64,000 bases of DNA from Candidatus Roizmanbacteria bacterium CG_4_9_14_0_2_um_filter_38_17 (lineage in GTDB: Bacteria > Patescibacteriota > Microgenomatia > GCA-00278855), in contig PFSB01000017.1 of the NCBI GenBank assembly GCA_002788855.1, positions 35,739-99,738 of the forward strand, in the 5' to 3' direction. Each line of letters opens with the position of its first letter. Positions within the stretch are counted from its first letter, which is position 1. The notes beneath the pieces were generated by a model. That model was not told where the DNA came from. It saw only the letters and a program-made list of their open reading frames with translations, and did not search any database. The translations under genes were made by a program, and so were the position numbers. Shown here one piece after another: positions 56,891-64,000 of the stretch.

Positions 56891-57864
56891 AAAAGGTGGT
56901 TTTGGGTTAAGCGTGCTCCCTTTGCTGGTTTGTTGATGATAACTCTTTTTACTTCAGGTAGTTGCTTGAGTTTGTTGACAAGTATTTTTGTATTCTTTTC
57001 CTGACAAATAATGTGAACATCCTGTCCGGTATTAATTGTGAAATAAGTTTCCAGTCCCTTGTTTCGCCAACTCTTAACCGCTTTCATTACGATAAGAGTT
57101 CCATTCTGCCAGTAAATCAGCGATGGCCAAGAGGTTAACATTATTGCGTGCAATTCTAATGCTTCCACCTCTAACAATTTTCCAAAAGCCGTAAAATCTT
57201 TTGTTTTAATATACTGGATGGCTTTTTTTATTTTATTATCTATATTTTTTAATCGTGTATCCATAAAGAGGCTTGAGCCTGAAATTGTTTGGCCCTCACT
57301 GGTAGAGATGTCTTTTTTACTGGAACTTACAAGTGCTACAACGTCAACAATGTTCCAGTGATTGGCATTAAAAATTGTTTTGGCAAAAGACGTTTCGCTC
57401 GTATCACCATTCATCCACTGAACAAAGCCATCCGGAATTGAGCGGCAGGCGGATCCAGATCCTTGGCGGGCAAGAATAGAGAGCTCCTTTTCACTTAGAT
57501 TAAGTCCTGCCGATTTTGCTGATGCAACTGTTAAGGCAGCAAATCCTGAGGCAGAAGACGAGAGACCTGTTGAGCTGGAAAAATTATTTATTGATATGAC
57601 TTTTGCATGTGTATTAATTTGAGCTAAAGTACGTACGCGGTCCAGCTGCGTAATTGCACGAGCAGATTCGTCTTTGATCGTTTTACCATTAATAATTATT
57701 TCGTCTTTGGTATATTTTTGTGAAAATTCAATCGTTGTTGTTGTGGTTAAATTGCTTAGATTCATAGCAATACTACCGTTTTCCGGTAGGCGTAAGTTTT
57801 CGTCCTTCCTTCCCCAATACTTAATAAAGGCGATGTTGGATGGGGCTATTGCTGTTGCTTTCAT
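56887..57864 (-). CDS. mvaD: Diphosphomevalonate decarboxylase
   Basis: It has APSNIAFIKYWGRKD, the MVD signature, and a GHMP C-terminal region. Confidence 0.8.
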   Translation of the reverse strand: MKATAIAPSNIAFIKYWGRKDENLRLPENGSIAMNLSNLTTTTTIEFSQKYTKDEIIINGKTIKDESARAITQLDRVRTLAQINTHAKVISINNFSSSTGLSSSASGFAALTVASAKSAGLNLSEKELSILARQGSGSACRSIPDGFVQWMNGDTSETSFAKTIFNANHWNIVDVVALVSSSKKDISTSEGQTISGSSLFMDTRLKNIDNKIKKAIQYIKTKDFTAFGKLLEVEALELHAIMLTSWPSLIYWQNGTLIVMKAVKSWRNKGLETYFTINTGQDVHIICQEKNTKILVNKLKQLPEVKRVIINKPAKGARLTQNHLF

Positions 57865-58829
57865 AATTCCAATTGTACACCAGGAGCTCCTGTTTGAATA
57901 TTAATTAATTCCCCACCTGCAGCAACGATCGCTTGCTCAACTGGTTGCTTAGTTTTGTCTGATACCAGTGCAATCATACAATCTCCTCCACCAGCGCCGG
58001 AGAGTTTTGCCCCATAAGCTCCCGCACTTAGCGCGGCTACGCACAAATCATCCAATTTTTCGGTAGAAACTCCTAATTGAACCAGGAGTCCATGATTGAT
58101 GCGCATGAGATTGCCTAAGCTTTGCCAATCCTGATTTTCAAGACAAATTTTTCCTTGGCTTACTAGCTCTGCTATTGTATTAAAAATGTCATCAAACATC
58201 GCTGGATTTTTTTCTTTACGCTTTGCAAGGTCTTTAACAATTGTAGCTGTATCTTCCTTGATTCCTGAATAACCCACAACCAGTGATATTTTTGCTTTAG
58301 TAGTTGGTTCAATCTCTTTTCCACCAGTTACAAAGTAAAGTGTGCCGCCAAAAACAGCTGCTGCAACATCAAAACCCGAGCCAACTCCTTGAACGTCTAA
58401 CACTGTCTGGTAGCTAAGATCAAATATTTCACGCTTAGATAGATTTATACCAGTTAATTCAGCTAATCCTTTTATCGTGCAGACTGCAGCGCCGGATGAG
58501 GAGCCAAATCCAAATTTTGCTTTGAATTGGGATTTGGTAGTTATGCTGACACCGTGTTTTAGTGGGTATACTTTGTGAAAATTTCTTACTGCAATCTCGA
58601 CAAACTGAGCAGGTTTAGGAATCTCTCCTTTTCCAAGCTCTTCCAGCTTTTTTTCGTAGTTTTCTAACTCTACATCCTTAGCATTTAGAATTATTTTTTG
58701 GGTTCTGAGCTTTGATATTTGAGCTTGTAATCGGTGGTTTATGGCTGTAACAAGGCATGGGCGGTTATATACAACTGCGTGTTCACCTAATAGCATTAAT
58801 TTCCCCGGAGCTGAAACTTTAATCGTCAT
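57861..58829 (-). CDS. GHMP kinase, mevalonate-kinase-like (presumed phosphomevalonate kinase)
   Basis: It has SAPGKLMLLGEHAVVY and a GHMP motif GFGSSSG. It is the second MK-type kinase in the operon. Confidence 0.55.
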   Translation of the reverse strand: MTIKVSAPGKLMLLGEHAVVYNRPCLVTAINHRLQAQISKLRTQKIILNAKDVELENYEKKLEELGKGEIPKPAQFVEIAVRNFHKVYPLKHGVSITTKSQFKAKFGFGSSSGAAVCTIKGLAELTGINLSKREIFDLSYQTVLDVQGVGSGFDVAAAVFGGTLYFVTGGKEIEPTTKAKISLVVGYSGIKEDTATIVKDLAKRKEKNPAMFDDIFNTIAELVSQGKICLENQDWQSLGNLMRINHGLLVQLGVSTEKLDDLCVAALSAGAYGAKLSGAGGGDCMIALVSDKTKQPVEQAIVAAGGELINIQTGAPGVQLEL

Positions 58830-59758
58830 ACAACTATTTTTTCAATGCGTACTCCTTCTGTTCCTAGATTGGCTTTCATAATTTCAAGGCCATATTTTTT
58901 AATACTCTGTTTAAGCTTGTTAAGATTTTTATGATATACAGGTAATACCCCTGATTTATCCTTAAATCCTCCCCCTCCGCTAATCTTTGCTACTCCTCCG
59001 CTTTTTTCTATACTGCGAATAATCGAAGCGGTAGAGTTGCTGACCATACCGGCTTTTTCCAGAAGTCTTCCGTTTTCTTTTATTCCCTTCATTAGTGACA
59101 GCTCGTCCTCGTCGTGAATGGCTTGGGTTATCTGTTTAGTAACTATTTCAAAATCATCCACCGAATTTGGTTTGAATTTTTCAACCATTTCTTTAGTTGA
59201 TTCTTTGGGCTTACCAGTATTGATAAGATAAAAATGCTGGAGCGAATTGGCTACTTTAAACTGAAACTTAAAGAGGGATTTTAAGAATTCAAATTCTTTC
59301 CTGTACCAGACAAATCCCCCAAATGTAACTGTTGATGTGTCAACTCCCGAGGGGTTGCCGTGCTGGAACTTGTCTACCTTGTAGGCTAGCTCGTTTATTA
59401 ATCTGTGGTCAAGTTTAGAATTTCCGGAAGTGGCTACTAAAAATGCAGTTACAATTCCTACACCAAGAGCAGCGGATGACCCCATGCAGGCACCACGTGG
59501 GATATCACTTATGATTTCAAGATTGAAATTCGTGGGAAACTTTGCGCCAAGATAGTTTTGCATTATCTCAACAGCCTTTTTTACTAGCTTCCCCTTAGTC
59601 ATGGCATATCGAGAACCCGCTTCTCGAAGTTCAGGATATGTGGTTAGGGTTACAGTTAGACGCTTGTCCACTGCGGCTGCAAGAGCTGGCTTACCATAAA
59701 CAACCGCATGCTCCCCTGTTATTATTATTTTCCCCGGTACACTGATTACTACTTTCAC
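58826..59758 (-). CDS. mvk: Mevalonate kinase
   Basis: It has SVPGKIIITGEHAVVYG and a GHMP ATP motif (GMGSSAALGV). Confidence 0.7.
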   Translation of the reverse strand: MKVVISVPGKIIITGEHAVVYGKPALAAAVDKRLTVTLTTYPELREAGSRYAMTKGKLVKKAVEIMQNYLGAKFPTNFNLEIISDIPRGACMGSSAALGVGIVTAFLVATSGNSKLDHRLINELAYKVDKFQHGNPSGVDTSTVTFGGFVWYRKEFEFLKSLFKFQFKVANSLQHFYLINTGKPKESTKEMVEKFKPNSVDDFEIVTKQITQAIHDEDELSLMKGIKENGRLLEKAGMVSNSTASIIRSIEKSGGVAKISGGGGFKDKSGVLPVYHKNLNKLKQSIKKYGLEIMKANLGTEGVRIEKIVV

Positions 59759-60054
59759 TTTATTTTAAATTTAATTCCATAAGGAATGATGCCTTCTTTG
59801 CTACTTTCTCTGACTTTGCGTAAAACGGCTTTTACTTTTACTCCGGATTTTAGCTTTAGAATATTACAGTCAACTAGCTGACCGGCCATTTTTACTCCAG
59901 ATTTAAGCTCTATTAATGCAACAATGTATGGAGCAAATTGCTTAAATCCGGTAGGTGGCGTGCGCACGATAGTCCAAGACAGCACTTGTCCTTCCTGTAA
60001 TAGGAGTTCTGGAATGTATTTTTGCCTGCGCCAGAGTTTTATTGGACTTATCAT
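59755..60054 (-). CDS. DUF35-family OB-fold protein (thiolase/HMGS scaffold-type), lacking the Zn-ribbon
   Basis: It has WTIVRTPPTGF...APYIVALIELKSGVKMAGQLVD, the DUF35 OB-fold pattern. There is no CxxC pair. Confidence 0.5.
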   Translation of the reverse strand: MISPIKLWRRQKYIPELLLQEGQVLSWTIVRTPPTGFKQFAPYIVALIELKSGVKMAGQLVDCNILKLKSGVKVKAVLRKVRESSKEGIIPYGIKFKIK

Positions 60055-60061
60055 ATTATTT

Positions 60062-60099
60062 AAGGCAAGGCCTTTAATTTTTATTAAAGGCCTTGCCTT
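60062..60099. repeat. Perfect 15-bp-stem hairpin (AAGGCAAGGCCTTTA / TAAAGGCCTTGCCTT), a member of the AAGGCAAG(A/G)CC palindrome family
   Basis: It sits in the 19-nt gap between the thiolase and DUF35 genes inside the mevalonate operon. Confidence 0.6.
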
Positions 60100-61231
60100 T
60101 ATTAGTTAAGATGTGAATTACTGCAGTTCCTCCTGATCCTCCAATATTGTGAGTTAATCCTAATTTAGCCTCTCCTTTGACCTGCCTTTTACCGGCCGAG
60201 CCCCTAAGTTGCTCAACTATTTCCACAACCTGCTTTACGCCAGTTGCTCCAACTGGGTGGCCAGCGGCTTTTAATCCTCCCGATGTGTTTACTATTAGCC
60301 CCTTACTTCCTAGCTTAAATTGTCCTTTTTCCAGCCTTGGACCCGCTTCTCCTTTTTTAACAAATCCAATATCTTCAAGAGCTAATATTTCAGCTATCGT
60401 GAAGCAGTCGTGAAGCTCGGCAACGTTTATTTCTTGTGGATCAATATTTGCACTGGCAAATGCTTTTTGAGAAGCAAGTTTTGTTGCTTTGATTTCAGTA
60501 ATAGACTCTCTTCCTGCTAACCCGGTGCTATCTGTGGCAACTTGTGAAGCAAGGATTTTTACTTGTTGATTTTTTGCTGTAAGAATTACAGCACTCGCTC
60601 CATCTGTGATCGGCGAGCAATCGTATAGTTTAAGTGGGTCGGCAATACATGTGCTGTTTAGCACATCTTGTTTAGTTAGTGTAAATGGATATTGGGCTTT
60701 GCAGTTTAAGCTGGCGTGAAAGTGATTTTTAACTGCAACTAGCGCAAGTTGGCTTTCTGTTGTGCCATACTTTTGCATATGCGCTCTTGCCATTAACGCA
60801 TAAAGAGCTGGAAATGTTAATCCAGCAATACGCTCGTCTTCACTAGCTGCCTGCATTAAGCCCGCGGCGACTTCTTCGGGTGCATAGTCAGTCATTTTTT
60901 CGATACCTAAAGCTAGTACGGTTTGATATGAACCGCTTTTTACCGCCTGACAAGCTTGGTGTACGGCAATACCACCGGAAGCACAGGCTGCTTCAACTTT
61001 AATCGCTGGAATGTTTAAACCAAGTTCTCCAGAGATGGCGGCTCCTAGCTGTTCTTGATCACCAAAATTACCAGAAAGCATGTTTCCAACATAAATAGCA
61101 TCGAGGTTCTTTATTTCAAGGTTAGCGTCCTCAAGTGCGCCATAAATAGCTTCTTTCATTAAAGAAGCAAATCCCTGACTCCAGAGTTCTCCAAATTTTG
61201 TTGTATATACTCCTGCAATGCCTATTGTCAT
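60074..61231 (-). CDS. Archaeal-type acetoacetyl-CoA thiolase (SCP-x / thiolase-like)
   Basis: It has the thiolase fold with an active-site Cys region (VEAACASGG) and C-terminal GHP and GG motifs. Confidence 0.7.
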   Translation of the reverse strand: MTIGIAGVYTTKFGELWSQGFASLMKEAIYGALEDANLEIKNLDAIYVGNMLSGNFGDQEQLGAAISGELGLNIPAIKVEAACASGGIAVHQACQAVKSGSYQTVLALGIEKMTDYAPEEVAAGLMQAASEDERIAGLTFPALYALMARAHMQKYGTTESQLALVAVKNHFHASLNCKAQYPFTLTKQDVLNSTCIADPLKLYDCSPITDGASAVILTAKNQQVKILASQVATDSTGLAGRESITEIKATKLASQKAFASANIDPQEINVAELHDCFTIAEILALEDIGFVKKGEAGPRLEKGQFKLGSKGLIVNTSGGLKAAGHPVGATGVKQVVEIVEQLRGSAGKRQVKGEAKLGLTHNIGGSGGTAVIHILTNKGKAFNKN

Positions 61232-62313
61232 ATTATGCCTGTCATTTTTAAATACTGGATATAGTTTATGTACTCTTTGTCTTTAATCTGTGTGGATACA
61301 GAATTATTTTTAGGTAAACTATGAAACAGTAGTTTTCGGTATTCTACTATCTCCTTTGTTACTTCAAAACTAAAAGCATCAGACCCCGCTCCTGAGCCGT
61401 ATGAAACAACAAAAATTCGTTCTCCTGGCTTTGCTACGTCCAACACTGCTGCAAATCCTATAAGGGTTGAGGCAGAATATGGATTGCCTATTTGATTAAT
61501 AATTAAACTTGGCTCAAGTTGTGAGCTTGAAAATCCTAGTTCTTTTGCTACTTGTCTTGGAAACTTGCCATTTGGCATATGAAAAACACAGTATTTATAG
61601 TCTGTTGGTTCTGTTTTGCTTATCTTTAATAGTTGAGTTGCTGCCTCTTTGACGTGTCTTAGATACGCAGGCTTGCCGGTAAATCTACCGCCATGAGAAG
61701 GATATTTAATTCCATCTCTGCGCCAGAAGTCTGGGGTATCGGAAGAATAAGAAGTCATACAGATAAGCTTGGCAATTACTTTTTCGCTTCCTAGAATATA
61801 GGCTACTGCAGCCGAACCGGCTGTATACTCTAGCGCATCGTGCGGTCTGCTCTGTGCTTTATCCGATCCGATAACTAATGCCTGATGATATCTTCCTGAC
61901 TCAATAAGTCCGAGGCTGGCCTGCATACCTGCTGTAGCTGCTTTGCAGGCGAATTCCAGATCTGCCGCAAGATAATTATTTGATAAGCCAAGGGTGTCTC
62001 CCACAATTGTAGATGTGGGATTTACTGCGTATGGATGAGATTCTGATCCAACAAAAACTATGTCAATACTTCCAACTTGCTTAAGACTTAACCTTTCACT
62101 TCGTAAAGGGTTAAGTCTTGCAATTGCAAGCTGGGCTGCTTCTACTGCCAGAGTTACCGAGTCTTCGTCGATACCCGCTACTGCCTTTTCGTTTATTCCC
62201 AGTGAAGTGATCACATCATTGGGATTTTTACCCCAGACACTACAGATTTCCTCTACCTTTATTCGGTAGCGTGGAATGTATGATCCATAACTAATAATTC
62301 CTGCTTGTTTCAT
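61228..62313 (-). CDS. Archaeal-type HMG-CoA synthase
   Basis: It has GIISYGSYIPRYRI, the N-terminal signature of archaeal-type HMGS. Its stop overlaps the thiolase start. Confidence 0.75.
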   Translation of the reverse strand: MKQAGIISYGSYIPRYRIKVEEICSVWGKNPNDVITSLGINEKAVAGIDEDSVTLAVEAAQLAIARLNPLRSERLSLKQVGSIDIVFVGSESHPYAVNPTSTIVGDTLGLSNNYLAADLEFACKAATAGMQASLGLIESGRYHQALVIGSDKAQSRPHDALEYTAGSAAVAYILGSEKVIAKLICMTSYSSDTPDFWRRDGIKYPSHGGRFTGKPAYLRHVKEAATQLLKISKTEPTDYKYCVFHMPNGKFPRQVAKELGFSSSQLEPSLIINQIGNPYSASTLIGFAAVLDVAKPGERIFVVSYGSGAGSDAFSFEVTKEIVEYRKLLFHSLPKNNSVSTQIKDKEYINYIQYLKMTGII

Positions 62314-63419
62314 CTTGCTAATTTTTGGTGCGCCACTGCTAGTGACCCTACTGATTGACTGGCTAATAAAGATAATTCACCAGCAAGAACTGCTCCGGCA
62401 AGAACTTCAGCTAATTCCTGCGAGCTACCTACTTTTAGTATTTGAAGTGCTTCTTTTTGTGTGGCAAGTTTAGTCCCTCCACCAACTATTCCCACTAACA
62501 AAGCTGGCAAGTAAACACTAAAGTGTAGATCGCCGTTAGCAAGTCCTCTTGCAACGGTGATTCCCATGCTTCCTTCCACAACATGAGCAGGATCTTGTCC
62601 GGTAGCAATAAATATGGCAGCAACAATGTTGGCGTAGTGTGCGTTAAAACCCATGCTTCCACTTAACGCGGATCCCAGTATGCATTTTGCAAGCCAAACT
62701 TCCTGGATCTTTGGAGCTGTGGTTTTTAGTGTTTCACTTACAACATTGGCGGGGATAATAACTTCAGCCCAGGCTTTAAACCCGCGACCATTTATGAAGT
62801 TAAGCCACGCCGGCTTCTTATCTATGTCATAGTTACCGGCAATAGAGATGCAACTGGATTTGGTTTTGGCTTCAATTGTTTTGGCTATTTTGTCCGTAGC
62901 AATTGTTGCCATGTTCATGCCCATCGCATCTTGGGTATTAAAGTACAGACGTAAAAATACGTAATTACCAACAGAGCTTGTATCTATTTTTGTTAGCTCG
63001 ATGTGAGACGACATTGTTTTGGCAATTTTGTCTAAATTTTTTAAATTTCTCTCCACCCACTTTACAAGAGAACCCGCTTCTCTAAGTGATTTAATTTTAA
63101 AAACTGGCCCACGAGTTACTCCCACTCTTGATGCAATCGAAACAGCTCCCTTGGATCTTGCGATCGCTTTGCAACCACGATTTACAGAAGCTACAAGTGC
63201 TGCCTCAGTTGTGGAAAGAGGTAAAAAATATTCTCTGCCGTTAACCAAAAGCGGGCCGGCAATACCCATTGGAATTTGTGTCGAGCCAATAACGTTTTCA
63301 CAATTTTTGTTCTGTTCGCCAATTGTATGTTTACCCATTTGCTCTAGATTAACATTGAGCTTTGTCTCTAGATACTCTCTGCGTTCTTTTGCTGATTTTA
63401 GGTTGCGTAACTTTGTCAT
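62310..63419 (-). CDS. HMG-CoA reductase (catalytic domain only)
   Basis: It has ENVIG..P.GIAGPL, DAMGMNM, and IVGGGT motifs. Confidence 0.8.
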   Translation of the reverse strand: MTKLRNLKSAKERREYLETKLNVNLEQMGKHTIGEQNKNCENVIGSTQIPMGIAGPLLVNGREYFLPLSTTEAALVASVNRGCKAIARSKGAVSIASRVGVTRGPVFKIKSLREAGSLVKWVERNLKNLDKIAKTMSSHIELTKIDTSSVGNYVFLRLYFNTQDAMGMNMATIATDKIAKTIEAKTKSSCISIAGNYDIDKKPAWLNFINGRGFKAWAEVIIPANVVSETLKTTAPKIQEVWLAKCILGSALSGSMGFNAHYANIVAAIFIATGQDPAHVVEGSMGITVARGLANGDLHFSVYLPALLVGIVGGGTKLATQKEALQILKVGSSQELAEVLAGAVLAGELSLLASQSVGSLAVAHQKLAR

Positions 63420-63422
63420 ATT

Positions 63423-63929
63423 TTAGATAAACGGAATGCGGAAAATATTTAACTTGTACATTAACAATGCATAACCAATACCAGCGGGAAATATAATTAT
63501 GGAAGCTATAATTATGCGTTGTAAGTCAAGCTTGAGAGCGAAACGGAGAGTTAGGTAATATAAAATGCCTTTCCATAGAAATAATATTAAACTAGCTACA
63601 ACAAATGCATAACTAAAAAGCTGACCAGCTAATGAAGAGGTACGAGGTGGTGGAATAAGAAAATAGAGAGTGGAAGTCATGTAAAACCAGATTAACGTTG
63701 GCCAGAGACTATAACCCCAGGCGATTGCCACGCCAGACAATTTTCCCTCACCCTTAAGCAGCCTCCCCACAGAATATATGCTTAACACCACCAGTGCGTA
63801 AGTGGTAAGTGTTACCATGGAAATAGTTATCCCGCTTTTGGCTACAATGTATGGGTGAAGTCCGTGTCTTACAACGCCAGCGAAGAAAAAATATAACCCG
63901 ATAAAAACAAACAGTGGAAAGATTTGCAC
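63423..63929 (-). CDS. Hypothetical polytopic membrane protein
   Basis: It has an ORF only, with 5-6 predicted TM helices. Confidence 0.3.
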   Translation of the reverse strand: MQIFPLFVFIGLYFFFAGVVRHGLHPYIVAKSGITISMVTLTTYALVVLSIYSVGRLLKGEGKLSGVAIAWGYSLWPTLIWFYMTSTLYFLIPPPRTSSLAGQLFSYAFVVASLILFLWKGILYYLTLRFALKLDLQRIIIASIIIFPAGIGYALLMYKLNIFRIPFI

Positions 63930-64000
63930 AGGGTGAACACTTTTAACAATCTCTCGATAGGTTTCATATGGCTTGGCAAAAACTCCATAAGAGTTTTGTA

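Overview
This is a low-GC window (roughly 38% GC by eye) that uses the standard genetic code, with dense short genes and many archaeal-type enzymes. That pattern fits a small-genome Gram-positive-like or CPR/Patescibacteria-like bacterium, possibly Saccharibacteria-like; the taxon is my inference, not something the sequence states.

Recognisable housekeeping genes:
- trmD, recF, ftsH, trpS, uppS, xerC/D-like, groES/groEL, dtd, sodA, guaB/guaA, smpB, and nrdR upstream of a class II (B12-dependent) ribonucleotide reductase.
- The reductase gene carries a LAGLIDADG intein inserted exactly at the catalytic NPCGE cysteine.
- A PduO-type adenosyltransferase sits next to the reductase.
- There is a complete mevalonate operon of archaeal architecture: HMGR, HMGS, thiolase, a DUF35 OB-fold protein, two GHMP kinases and MVD.

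RNA genes I can fold by eye:
- two CAU-anticodon tRNAs;
- a tRNA with a UAU anticodon (Ile);
- tRNA-Ala(GGC);
- two minus-strand tRNA-Ser genes;
- a roughly 430-nt tmRNA immediately downstream of smpB.

Accessory content:
- two hicB/hicA-like pairs, one flanked by two copies of a roughly 105-bp element with terminal inverted repeats;
- a PIN/Phd pair and an AbiEi/AbiEii pair;
- a membrane-anchored type IV secretion-family ATPase next to an integrase and tRNA cluster;
- three paralogous secreted proteins sharing a C-terminal two-helix module that looks like a VirB2/TrbC-type pilin;
- a GT2 / GT-C / GH5 polysaccharide locus;
- a sortase-type surface protein;
- a GC-rich foreign-looking fragment fused to a truncated serine-recombinase gene beside the tRNA-Ser pair.

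The most unusual sequence-level signal is a 20-23-nt motif, GGGTAAACCATGAAACATATGA, present at least 8 times. It sits precisely on several start codons, giving MKHM N-termini, and also inside coding sequences on both strands.

I found no CRISPR array and no rRNA. All calls come from reading motifs in the supplied translations and the raw sequence; no database search was possible.
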